From: an uncultured Victivallaceae bacterium
GTDB taxonomy: Bacteria; Verrucomicrobiota; Lentisphaeria; Victivallales; Victivallaceae
DNA: 64,000 nucleotides
Assembly (NCBI GenBank): GCA_944392655.1
Contig: CALXXL010000011.1
Location: 3,924-67,923, forward strand
Direction of reading: 5' to 3'
Part shown: piece by piece, positions 8,106-16,674 of the stretch
Position numbering within the stretch: the first letter of the stretch is position 1
How the letters are laid out: the number at the start of each line of letters is the position of its first letter
Translations under genes and position numbers: made by a program
Notes under the pieces: model-generated
What the model was told of the DNA's origin: nothing
What the model saw: the letters and a program-made list of their open reading frames with translations, nothing else
Database searches by the model: none

Positions 8106-8134
8106 TTGACTATAAAAGATATTTATGATATACT
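8106..8134 (+). promoter_or_regulatory. sigma-70 promoter, extended -10
   Basis: TTGACT(8106-8111), 17 nt, TATACT(8129-8134). The core gatatttatgatatact is shared with copies B and C. Confidence 0.55.
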
Positions 8135-8206
8135 TCACTATATAAATAAATGTAGATTAGGTGCGATAAAAATTATATACATAATATGTAATAAAATCGA
8201 TCATCT

Positions 8207-8809
8207 ATGCACAATTCATTAAAAACATTTTTCAACAAACCTGATGCCGCCGGAAAAAGACGCATGAAATTCTGGCTGTTCAGCCTTATTATTGTTTACA
8301 TTCTAGTGATAGGCTACGCCTGTCTGCTAAATGGCAAGCCACTTTACAGGTATGAATATAACCTATTTCTGACTACCAATGTGCCAGAACAGCTGAGCGA
8401 CGTATTTTTCAGGTTTTACCCTGATAAATTCATGTACCGCCCGGAAACAGGTCTCATGGCGCTTATGCCAATGGCTGAGTCTGAAGATACTGCAACAGTT
8501 GAGATATTTCAAGAAAGATTTTATACCTCAGATAAAAAGTTTTCAACCGAAATATTTTCTCTGCTGCCCATGCCGCCTCCGAAGAAGATAATTGTGACCT
8601 TTCTTGATTCCAACTCAAAACAGCATAAACTGGAAACGGAATTGGATTTATCCAGTTACTTTCACGGCACATTAGGTTTAATAATTTTTGAAAACAATGG
8701 AGAATTTTCACTGAAACAATACATTACCAGAAATCCGTTTAAGTTCTCAGATTTAAATGATAAAGACGTTGCCGTTATTGTGAAGGACCTGGAGGAGCCA
8801 TGTCTATAG
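8207..8809 (+). CDS. hypothetical TM-anchored protein (family D)
   Basis: 200 aa. Paralog of 7440-8000. Confidence 0.6.
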   Translation: MHNSLKTFFNKPDAAGKRRMKFWLFSLIIVYILVIGYACLLNGKPLYRYEYNLFLTTNVPEQLSDVFFRFYPDKFMYRPETGLMALMPMAESEDTATVEIFQERFYTSDKKFSTEIFSLLPMPPPKKIIVTFLDSNSKQHKLETELDLSSYFHGTLGLIIFENNGEFSLKQYITRNPFKFSDLNDKDVAVIVKDLEEPCL

Positions 8810-9144
8810 ATATTGATGAATTGCGCAGCATAATCAGCGAGGAAACCGGTAATCCGCTTAACAAAATTAAACCGGATTCTAAATTGGTATCGGAATTGGG
8901 CATCGGCGGTGATGACGGTTATGAGCTGATGGAACTTCTTGCCAACAAATATAATGTCGACTTAAGCAATATTGACTTTTATCAGTATTTTGGTGATGAA
9001 TCAATTTCGCCTATATATCTAATTATGAGTTCAATTCTGGCATGGCTGGCATTTTTTAACTTAATTCCGCCGGGCGAATACCCGGATTTAACGGTAAATG
9101 ATTTGCAGCAAATATTATTAACAGCTCCATCAAAGGGGAACTAA
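8800..9144 (+). CDS. ACP-fold-like small protein lacking the phosphopantetheine Ser (DUF1493-like)
   Basis: SELGIGGDDGYELMELLANKYNVDLSNIDFYQYF resembles ACP helix II/III, but the DSL Ser is replaced. The overall pattern recalls DUF1493 proteins of enterobacterial Rhs/CDI islands (from memory). Confidence 0.45.
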   Translation: MSIDIDELRSIISEETGNPLNKIKPDSKLVSELGIGGDDGYELMELLANKYNVDLSNIDFYQYFGDESISPIYLIMSSILAWLAFFNLIPPGEYPDLTVNDLQQILLTAPSKGN

Positions 9145-9256
9145 TAATTGAGTGTTTTTGTAATTTAACAGCAGCTGTCTTTACTCCAAAAACAAATAAT
9201 TACAACATATTGAAAAAAATAATATTTAATCTCTATATAACAAGGCAGATGAGCAT

Positions 9257-9646
9257 ATGTTCCAGAAAAAACACACGGTTACTTTTGTTACAGTAGCGAT
9301 ATTCGGTGTAATAATAGGCTTGATGCTGACATTACTGTATAAAGAGGCGACCAATCCGGAAAATTCATATCGGGCAAAAAATGAAAAGTATTTAAAGGAG
9401 AGGTGCGGTGCAATTATAATAGAATATTATCAAAAATATGGCACAATGCCTGAGTCTCTGGAGGACGCTATGGTTTGCCTCGATAGAAGACTGCCTCATC
9501 GTGGAGATTATTATGGTGGCTCTACTTCATATGAAAGAATCAATGATCACTCATTTTCTTTTATTGCATACGGCAAAAACGAAAAATATGATTTCGGCAA
9601 GGGAGACGACATTGTTGTAACATACGATACGGACAAATGGCAGTAA
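9257..9646 (+). CDS. GspG-like (pseudopilin-fold) protein with degenerate class III signal
   Basis: N-terminal hydrophobic helix without G-1/E+5 (HTVTFVTVAIFGVIIGL). IIEYYQKYGTMPESLEDA and FIAYGKNEKYDFGKGDDIVV resemble the GspG globular-domain motifs. Confidence 0.45.
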   Translation: MFQKKHTVTFVTVAIFGVIIGLMLTLLYKEATNPENSYRAKNEKYLKERCGAIIIEYYQKYGTMPESLEDAMVCLDRRLPHRGDYYGGSTSYERINDHSFSFIAYGKNEKYDFGKGDDIVVTYDTDKWQ

Positions 9647-9720
9647 GTTTATAATAATAAATCGGGCAGGAATAACTTAATGTCCGTTATATTTCTTAAA
9701 CATAGATTGCAGGCAGTCTT

Positions 9721-10227
9721 ATGATAAAAAAATTAATTCATTCCGCATTGGCGATATTCGTGATTTTAATTATCGCTTTTTCTGTTATCCGTTTGAATTA
9801 TTATCACCGCCAGGCACAAGCCTTTTTTGCCGCGATTGAGCAGACACTGGCTCTGCTTAATGATGAAGAAATGGGGAAATTTTCCTTTTCTCTACCCCAC
9901 GGAAACAAATTATTGTTTTTCACCCCGTACTGGCATGTCGAGTTATCGAACTTGGAAATAACTGAAGACGAGGCAGATAAAATTAACCACTTTTTCAACT
10001 GCCAGGACAGTGAATTCGGACTTATGTGGCTTAACGCCGACAACGATATTCTGGCGGTAAAATATGCGCTGGATATTTTACCAGACCTCGATCTGGTCAA
10101 GGCGGCAGCATTTATGCATTGGCAGGGCAATCATGATGGGCAAATTACTGTATGTATTAAAAAGTCCGGCGATCTGTTTCGATTTGCGGAAGATTATGTG
10201 AACAACAACTCTGAATATCAGGAGTAA
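9721..10227 (+). CDS. hypothetical TM-anchored protein
   Basis: 168 aa, N-terminal TM helix ALAIFVILIIAFSVI. No family recognised. Confidence 0.5.
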   Translation: MIKKLIHSALAIFVILIIAFSVIRLNYYHRQAQAFFAAIEQTLALLNDEEMGKFSFSLPHGNKLLFFTPYWHVELSNLEITEDEADKINHFFNCQDSEFGLMWLNADNDILAVKYALDILPDLDLVKAAAFMHWQGNHDGQITVCIKKSGDLFRFAEDYVNNNSEYQE

Positions 10228-10230
10228 ATC

Positions 10231-10662
10231 ATGGATGCAACAACAATTCTATTCATATTAAATAAGACTATTTTGCCATATTATATCTTTTTTATTCTGG
10301 CATTCATGATTGGAATAATATGTTATCTGAAAAAACATGCGAAGAGCCGATTGAAATATTATAGCATAATTATGGCTGTAGGCGCGGCGCTCGGCATAAT
10401 ATTTATAAATTGCACCAATGCTTTAAAAGTACCATATTTCAGCGAGGAAACGATGTTTCTGGAATTTTTCAGTATCACTTTATTATGCTTTTTTTATTTA
10501 ATCGAAACTCTTTTCGGCGGTGGAATGATGGTTGTAATATCTATAATCTATGGGCTATATGGAGCTTTCCTGGGCGCGTTTGGCTGCTATATATATGAAA
10601 TTATAAATAAACGACGAGTTAATAAACAAGCCGTAACCACTCCCACCCCGCCTTCGGAATAA
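10231..10662 (+). CDS. hypothetical 4-TM membrane protein
   Basis: 143 aa, four hydrophobic segments. Starts 3 nt after the upstream stop. Confidence 0.55.
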   Translation: MDATTILFILNKTILPYYIFFILAFMIGIICYLKKHAKSRLKYYSIIMAVGAALGIIFINCTNALKVPYFSEETMFLEFFSITLLCFFYLIETLFGGGMMVVISIIYGLYGAFLGAFGCYIYEIINKRRVNKQAVTTPTPPSE

Positions 10663-10713
10663 GTCGGAAGTTTTAATATTATTACTGAAATCCCAAACGG
10701 GAATACAATAATA

Positions 10714-11706
10714 ATGAAAAAAATGTATAAAACATTAACCGGTTTGGTCTTGGCTGTATTGTTGATATTGACCAGCTGGTTAATACTTGATATTACTCAA
10801 ACATATAATAAGGTGAAGCAACTCGCAGTAAACGAACTTTTACAGGAAACCATTGTCTCTGAACAAAATCTGGTTTACCATACTTTGAATCAGGATCTTT
10901 TGAAATCTGCAAGTAATGACAATATATATCCTTTTACCATCTATTCCCCTTCCATTGATATGTTTTTATATCTGTTGAGCAAAGCCCCGCCGGTATTTAT
11001 GGCTCAACTCTTTGTATCACCTGACAGTGCATTATTGAAACCGGATGATATAACATCTTTTGACGGCCGTCGCATCTCAGCAATAAACTGGAGCGAAAGA
11101 TCATGTTTATATATTGATAATATCGCTAAAGATGAGATTACCTCGGGATTTTTTACTTACTTAATCGCGTTTTCATTTTATATGTTAATCATAGCCGCTT
11201 CTCTGATTTTCTGGCGATTCGGTATAAAAAAATATCTGCCGTGGATGTTAATATTATTGATTTTCCCCATGTTTGCGCTCTTTATACATTTTATTTATTT
11301 CGGAGTGCCCAAAAATATTTTCAGGTCGACGCCATTACCGACAGAAATGGAATATGCCGAGATTCAAACGGTTGTTTCCAACGCACAACAAACTGGAATG
11401 CATGATTGCAGTTACGACAGAATATTTATCGGAGCTCCGCCGATGTTCAACGGTCGTTTTGCCAGAATAAAGTTATCCGATTTCGACTACTGGTATATTG
11501 CGGAAAGCGAACTGACGCCAATGCTTGATAAAAGCGCTTTGGCGCCGTCCGGATACAAAAATATTACACATGTCTATTACCCGGTATGGCGTAATATATT
11601 ACTAATGTTGACCTTTTATGTAGCAGGTGGAATCGGTTTTAATATTGTATTATGCCTAATCCTGTCTTTAAGCAGACGAAAGGAGAATACTGCTAAAAAT
11701 GAATAA
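10714..11706 (+). CDS. hypothetical multi-pass membrane protein
   Basis: 330 aa. N-terminal TM, central TM cluster (FFTYLIAFSFYMLIIAASLIFW, LPWMLILLIFPMFALFIHFIYF) and a C-terminal TM. Confidence 0.55.
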   Translation: MKKMYKTLTGLVLAVLLILTSWLILDITQTYNKVKQLAVNELLQETIVSEQNLVYHTLNQDLLKSASNDNIYPFTIYSPSIDMFLYLLSKAPPVFMAQLFVSPDSALLKPDDITSFDGRRISAINWSERSCLYIDNIAKDEITSGFFTYLIAFSFYMLIIAASLIFWRFGIKKYLPWMLILLIFPMFALFIHFIYFGVPKNIFRSTPLPTEMEYAEIQTVVSNAQQTGMHDCSYDRIFIGAPPMFNGRFARIKLSDFDYWYIAESELTPMLDKSALAPSGYKNITHVYYPVWRNILLMLTFYVAGGIGFNIVLCLILSLSRRKENTAKNE

Positions 11707-12511
11707 TGTAATCAACAAACAAAATCTCACTAAGCATCCTTTTATTGATGAATTGTTCTACAGTTTCCGTATCCGTAAGATTTTGCATAAACGCGATATC
11801 TTCACCGTGAAAAACAAATGGCGGGAAATCGGAATAGACTTTGACACCCAGTGTGTGCCGATATTCAATATTTTTGAATATTTTTGCGCCTGGAATTCTA
11901 TCGCATATTATCCGGACGACGAATTCAGCTGGATTGCAAAAAGCTATACAATTGACATGTTTGAGGTCAGTATTCTTATGGATTTGGAGGAACAATTCAA
12001 CGTCGAAATAGAGTTTAAAGAAAATATGACGATGGCGGATATTGTCCGCAGTATTTTGTCCGCTATGCCTCCTGACAGCAACAGCTCTATTCAGCAAGTC
12101 CAACTTAAAAAAGCCAATATCCCCAAATGGGACTCAAAGCTGGGTATCGTTGGGGGAATAATTTTCACCGCTGCCGGTGTGTTTTTTACTCTTACTTTAA
12201 TTACAACTAAAACCACCGCTCCGCATGACCACTTATTACCGTACAAGTATATATTAAGTATTATCACTATTCTATTCGGTATCGTAACCCTGCTTTACTA
12301 TTACCCCCGTAAACGTAAATCACTTTGGCTGTATTTGATTTATGGAGCACAATTTATTTCTGGAATAATTTTTTGCTATTTATCTTTTCAATACTATCAT
12401 ACGACATTGCTGAAAATACTCATGTTTCTCGCAGGAATTGTTTTCATTTGTGCAGGAATATTCCAGATATACCGGTTGGCGCATAAAATTTATCCCCCGA
12501 TAACAAAATAA
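11699..12511 (+). CDS. ACP-like domain (no Ser) fused to a 4-TM C-terminal domain
   Basis: TIDMFEVSILMDLEEQFNVEIEFKENMTMADIVRSI aligns with the ACP motif DSLDTVELVMALEEEF..I, with Asp at the Ser position. The C-terminal half is hydrophobic. Confidence 0.5.
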   Translation: MNNVINKQNLTKHPFIDELFYSFRIRKILHKRDIFTVKNKWREIGIDFDTQCVPIFNIFEYFCAWNSIAYYPDDEFSWIAKSYTIDMFEVSILMDLEEQFNVEIEFKENMTMADIVRSILSAMPPDSNSSIQQVQLKKANIPKWDSKLGIVGGIIFTAAGVFFTLTLITTKTTAPHDHLLPYKYILSIITILFGIVTLLYYYPRKRKSLWLYLIYGAQFISGIIFCYLSFQYYHTTLLKILMFLAGIVFICAGIFQIYRLAHKIYPPITK

Positions 12512-12539
12512 TAATATCCTGATTATTATTGCGGGACTA

Positions 12540-12568
12540 TTGACAAACGATTTCATTTATAATATAAT
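12540..12568 (+). promoter_or_regulatory. consensus sigma-70 promoter
   Basis: TTGACA(12540-12545), 17 nt, TATAAT(12563-12568). Confidence 0.6.
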
Positions 12569-12884
12569 TAACTATGGAGACTAGAGAACAAAGTATGAGC
12601 TGTATACGGTATGATTAAAATATTAATACCAACCTCAATTAACACCTCGACAATTTGTGGATGGTACAATGTCAAGGCGTTATCGCATAGTATATATACC
12701 GGCATCCGCCCCAGACTGAATTCAGCGACCAGTCTCAAGTTACAGGATCCGGCAATATATGGGCAAAGTTCTCTCTTGGTCAACCGGATCTTTACCTGGA
12801 TATATTTATTGAACGCAATTGTTTTGCTGGGATGTTTATTTATTTTACACATAAAAAAATTAATCTGTAGGGAGGAGTTTTATA
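12569..12884 (+). promoter_or_regulatory. long (~310 nt) structured 5' leader, possible cis-regulatory RNA
   Basis: No convincing ORF. Nested stems 12699-12707/12745-12752 and 12713-12718/12730-12735. Alternative pairing 12746-12752/12784-12790 is followed by CTTTA. Strong RBS GGGAGGAG at 12870-12877. Confidence 0.3.
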
Positions 12885-13715
12885 ATGAAATATTGTCTTG
12901 CCGGTCTACTGGTTTTGTTCTCACTCCAGTATCTTATTCTGTATGGAGCGGACATAACGCATTTTGATGAATACAATACCGGAGAAATGGTATCATTGGA
13001 TGAGTTTAAAACCGAATACAGCCAAATATTTTTACAGGCGCTGTCGGACGGGGCTATAAGCATGCCATATCCTGAATCAACTGCCGGAAACAGCGCGTGT
13101 ATAAATATAGGCTTCAGTATAGGACTATTATACGGCGCCAATCAGATTATGCCAGAGTGCAAAGAAGCATATATGCCGGTATTGGAAAAGTTTGCCGGAT
13201 TGCTCGAAAACGAAAAGGTAAAAGCGGAATTCGCCCCGCTTATGGAACATAAATTATCCGTTGCGATTTGTACTTTTTTCATCCTTAATGAAATGATGCC
13301 GGAGGATTATAAATGCCCGTTTGAAATCCCGGAAATCGGTTTCGTGGGAAAATCGGTATTAGCCGGATATACAGATATTACCCCGGCATTGGCCAGATAT
13401 ATCTATTTGGACAGTTATAATTTTGACCGGAAACTAGATGCGCTTGAAGCTGTAGCCACCGGCAAATATGACGAATATCAGCAAATTGCGGTTGAAACCG
13501 CAATGAGCTATCTGAATTTCGCCGCAAAACTGCAAATGATATTTGATCCGGAATGCGAACGGTTCGATTATGACGGCACGGAATCATCTTTTAAGATTAT
13601 TATGAAATTAGCCTCAAAAAACGAAGTGATACAGAAAGAGTTGGATGCCAATCCAGTAGTAAAATTATGGTTGGAAGAGTGGCAGGAACGGCTGGCGTCA
13701 CAACCGGAAGAATAA
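12885..13715 (+). CDS. hypothetical secreted protein (family C)
   Basis: 276 aa, signal-like N-terminus. C-terminal WLEEWQERL motif shared with 5578-6381. Confidence 0.65.
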   Translation: MKYCLAGLLVLFSLQYLILYGADITHFDEYNTGEMVSLDEFKTEYSQIFLQALSDGAISMPYPESTAGNSACINIGFSIGLLYGANQIMPECKEAYMPVLEKFAGLLENEKVKAEFAPLMEHKLSVAICTFFILNEMMPEDYKCPFEIPEIGFVGKSVLAGYTDITPALARYIYLDSYNFDRKLDALEAVATGKYDEYQQIAVETAMSYLNFAAKLQMIFDPECERFDYDGTESSFKIIMKLASKNEVIQKELDANPVVKLWLEEWQERLASQPEE

Positions 13716-13727
13716 AAGGCGTTTGTC

Positions 13728-14240
13728 ATGAAACAGCAGAAAATACTGCTATTGTCTTTCCCTGAAGCCGACGTCCCACGACATTTTATGTATAAATTAC
13801 CGGTTATTGGGTATAAGGCAAAAGCTCACAGGTATATCAGTGCTATTTTAAAGCAGCGAAATGAGGAAATGCTGACTGCTTGGGATGAGTATCCTATCGA
13901 TAAAGATAAATTACAAGAGATACGTAGCCTCATAAAATCTATGCGGGGGTTCTGTAATGATATTTTTCTGCCGCAGGATCCATTTATTGTTCTGGCATAT
14001 TCCGCAGTAGGATACGACGATTTTTATGAACCGGATATTATTAACGCAATATGCAGAATATTCGGCGATAAATTGCTGATGAGTAAATTAGACAGAGTGG
14101 TAAAATCTCTTGTCTGCACTGGAGGGCTGCCTCTCGTAGAACCGGCATTGCAAGATTCGTTCGGTGAAGCGCTGAATTTTATATCAGCATGTTGCAGTGG
14201 AGCAAATACCGACCTTGTTGAAGAATATTCTACAAGATAA
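13728..14240 (+). CDS. hypothetical cytoplasmic protein
   Basis: 170 aa, no hydrophobic segment, no family recognised. Confidence 0.55.
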   Translation: MKQQKILLLSFPEADVPRHFMYKLPVIGYKAKAHRYISAILKQRNEEMLTAWDEYPIDKDKLQEIRSLIKSMRGFCNDIFLPQDPFIVLAYSAVGYDDFYEPDIINAICRIFGDKLLMSKLDRVVKSLVCTGGLPLVEPALQDSFGEALNFISACCSGANTDLVEEYSTR

Positions 14241-14304
14241 AATATATTGTCAGCAAAATGCGTGACAACAATTACGAATCTTTAATCAATAATGAAATAA
14301 GAAT

Positions 14305-15207
14305 ATGAAAAATAAATCGATGCCGTCAACGAACAATCGAATGAAGCAATTATTGCTTCATGAGCCGGCTTTCTCAATCTACCTGGCATTGATGACAGCT
14401 GTTATGGGAATGTTGTTCGAAATAACAATCACACATATCGTCATAGGTTACTTTGGAATTATACTCGTTAATCAGATGCTCGTGCCGTGCATAGAAAAAA
14501 CTGATAGTGCAGATTTTAAGTTATCAATACTCCATTTTGCTTACAGATTGGTATTTTGCATAGCTGTTTATACCGCTTTTTTAATCGCTTCCCTTGGCGG
14601 GTTATTAGGCTTTCAACTTAATGACATACCATTGTCAATTATTACTGCACTTATAATCTTTTTTGCATGCAGTTTGATACTGGCAATTTTAAACAGAGTT
14701 ATTGCATATTACATCACACAGACTACATCCGGACAAATCAGTACAGACAAAGCCAAACTCTATTCCGGGTATGTCAGGGGAAAACGCGGAGTTAATATAG
14801 TTTATCTTATTTCCGTACTGCTCATTTTTACCGGAATTTTTAAAGCAATATGGGATTTCAGCAATCCAATCAGTGATAATCCGCACTCTATGAGTTTATT
14901 GGATCATAATGGAAAAGTAACGGTCGATGGCTACATAAATAATGGCACCCCCGTATATCAGAACTGGACCGCCAATTTAGCTGGCCTGGAGAATTTATCC
15001 TCCAGCGAAATTGACCGCATAAATCATTTCCTGATCGCCACTTTCAAACTTAATCAAGATGACGACCAGAATAATGACCACAATATTACCCTGTTCCCCG
15101 TATGTGCGGCGATAGATGAAAAAGGCAATTTGAATATTCTATATCATAACAACGATGGCAAGGTCGCAGTTTTGAATGATGATCTGCGACAATTGCTGCA
15201 AAAATGA
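14305..15207 (+). CDS. hypothetical multi-pass membrane protein with soluble C-terminal domain
   Basis: 300 aa, ~5 hydrophobic helices followed by ~110 soluble residues. Confidence 0.55.
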   Translation: MKNKSMPSTNNRMKQLLLHEPAFSIYLALMTAVMGMLFEITITHIVIGYFGIILVNQMLVPCIEKTDSADFKLSILHFAYRLVFCIAVYTAFLIASLGGLLGFQLNDIPLSIITALIIFFACSLILAILNRVIAYYITQTTSGQISTDKAKLYSGYVRGKRGVNIVYLISVLLIFTGIFKAIWDFSNPISDNPHSMSLLDHNGKVTVDGYINNGTPVYQNWTANLAGLENLSSSEIDRINHFLIATFKLNQDDDQNNDHNITLFPVCAAIDEKGNLNILYHNNDGKVAVLNDDLRQLLQK

Positions 15208-15235
15208 GAACTATCAAGTTAATCGGAAAATAGAG

Positions 15236-15703
15236 ATGAAAAATCTGCTGTATTTTATTTTTACCCTAACTTTATTGATAACGGCCGGATGTGATGAATT
15301 TAAAGAGCCGGAGATTTATCCGGAAAAGAAAATTTACGTCTCCGATCTGGATTATTTAATAAAGAGGGCGCCAATCTTTGAACACGCGATTAATTGTTCG
15401 TTCACCGAATGGAAGGTGCGGGTATTATCATCATTCCCGGTGCCCTCGCCAAACGACTTCAACTATTACATGGCAGGAATCGCATTTTTCCCGCCGGAAC
15501 ATATTAAAGAGCTGAAAGAAAATTACGAATGGAAAGAGTATCATGGCAGAATCGAAGCCTTCCCGCCGGAATACGCAGAATTGGAGTATTCGCAATGGCA
15601 GGCAATAGAATTTTCAAAATTATGCTATGACCGCCCAATGGATGGTCTTATTTTACTGTCAGAAGAAAACAATATGATATATTTCCATCTGCAACGCTAC
15701 TAA
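15236..15703 (+). CDS. hypothetical lipoprotein
   Basis: Start moved to the internal ATG at 15236 (MKNLLYFIFTLTLLITAGC lipobox). The track ORF start at 15176 overlaps the upstream gene. Confidence 0.55.
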   Translation: MKNLLYFIFTLTLLITAGCDEFKEPEIYPEKKIYVSDLDYLIKRAPIFEHAINCSFTEWKVRVLSSFPVPSPNDFNYYMAGIAFFPPEHIKELKENYEWKEYHGRIEAFPPEYAELEYSQWQAIEFSKLCYDRPMDGLILLSEENNMIYFHLQRY

Positions 15704-15727
15704 ATATAAACTATAGAAAGATATAAA

Positions 15728-16261
15728 ATGCGCAAGCTCTATATATACATTGCTTTAACAGCATTGCTGACGGCAATAAATGGTTGCGGAGAAAAAACCA
15801 CTGTCCCGGAAGCCGTGAAGAATGCAATCGCCCTTCCCTCAGGTGACCATGATTTTGATACCAATACGGGCAACAGGCAAGCCAGGCGCGTTCCGCTCCA
15901 ATATCCATATCAGCTGTCCAGTAATTACAATAGCAGCTCCGGCGATCACTGCATCCTTACAAAGATAACTCCGGATAAGGTAGTGGCAGATGCCATTCCC
16001 ACATCAACTATCTGGCTGAAAAATGTCGCTCCGTCAAAGGAGTTTGTGGCGTTTGAACAGAAAAGATTCTCTGATGCAATGCTTGATTATGACAGGTTTG
16101 GCATATTTTACTATGACACAGGCAAGTATCAGCTATTCTCAAGTAAAGCGGAAATTGCAGAAACGGTAAAAAACAGATACGGTATTTCAGAAGAACTGGT
16201 ATACTATTCGTTTGACGAGCTATTCCAATATTTTAAAGCGATAAATGCCGAAAGAGATTGA
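15728..16261 (+). CDS. hypothetical lipoprotein (family B)
   Basis: Lipobox AINGC. Paralog of 4933-5484. Confidence 0.65.
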   Translation: MRKLYIYIALTALLTAINGCGEKTTVPEAVKNAIALPSGDHDFDTNTGNRQARRVPLQYPYQLSSNYNSSSGDHCILTKITPDKVVADAIPTSTIWLKNVAPSKEFVAFEQKRFSDAMLDYDRFGIFYYDTGKYQLFSSKAEIAETVKNRYGISEELVYYSFDELFQYFKAINAERD

Positions 16262-16579
16262 ACGCCGCCACCCCCTGCCGGAACAAAATGACAAATATAC
16301 CCTGACCGTCAGCAGACAATATGTATCTTTTTCATCAGAGCATGCACTGTTCTTGTTGAAGCTGGAAAACGCTCTCAATAAAGCAGGTATAGACTATCAT
16401 TATTAATAGGCTCAGTAATCTGTCCCGAAACAACGACTAATGATATGCCGGAAGAACCATATTAAAAAATATTTATATCACTAATAGCCCGGCGTTTTTA
16501 AATCTAATTAAGCTATGCCTAAATGGTATTAAATCCTGAAAAAAACAATGTTTTCAGTCTGTTATTGTGACTTAATATA

Positions 16580-16608
16580 TTGACTTCACAAAATAACTAT
16601 GATATAAT
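16580..16608 (+). promoter_or_regulatory. sigma-70 promoter, extended -10
   Basis: TTGACT(16580-16585), 17 nt ending in TGA, TATAAT(16603-16608). Confidence 0.6.
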
Positions 16609-16674
16609 TAGGTTATAAGATGGTAATATTAGTACCGTAAGAAAAAAGTCTTTAAAGCCGGGAGACAGCGCATA

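Noticed and set aside
698-8134. Possibility that the repeated intergenic modules are a CRISPR array or IS/MITE ends
   Set aside because: The repeats are 100-150 nt long, kilobases apart, all in one orientation, and contain promoter and terminator signals. There are no short regular spacers, no terminal inverted repeats with target duplications, and no cas or transposase genes.
12569-12884. Assigning the structured leader to a named riboswitch class
   Set aside because: I could not match the stems or loops to any consensus I know (TPP, SAM, FMN, c-di-GMP, glycine and others). It is reported only as an unclassified structured leader.
12611-12967. 118-aa + strand ORF in the long leader
   Set aside because: It reads straight through the strong RBS and start of the 12885 gene in another frame and has no RBS of its own. 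I treated the region as an untranslated leader instead.
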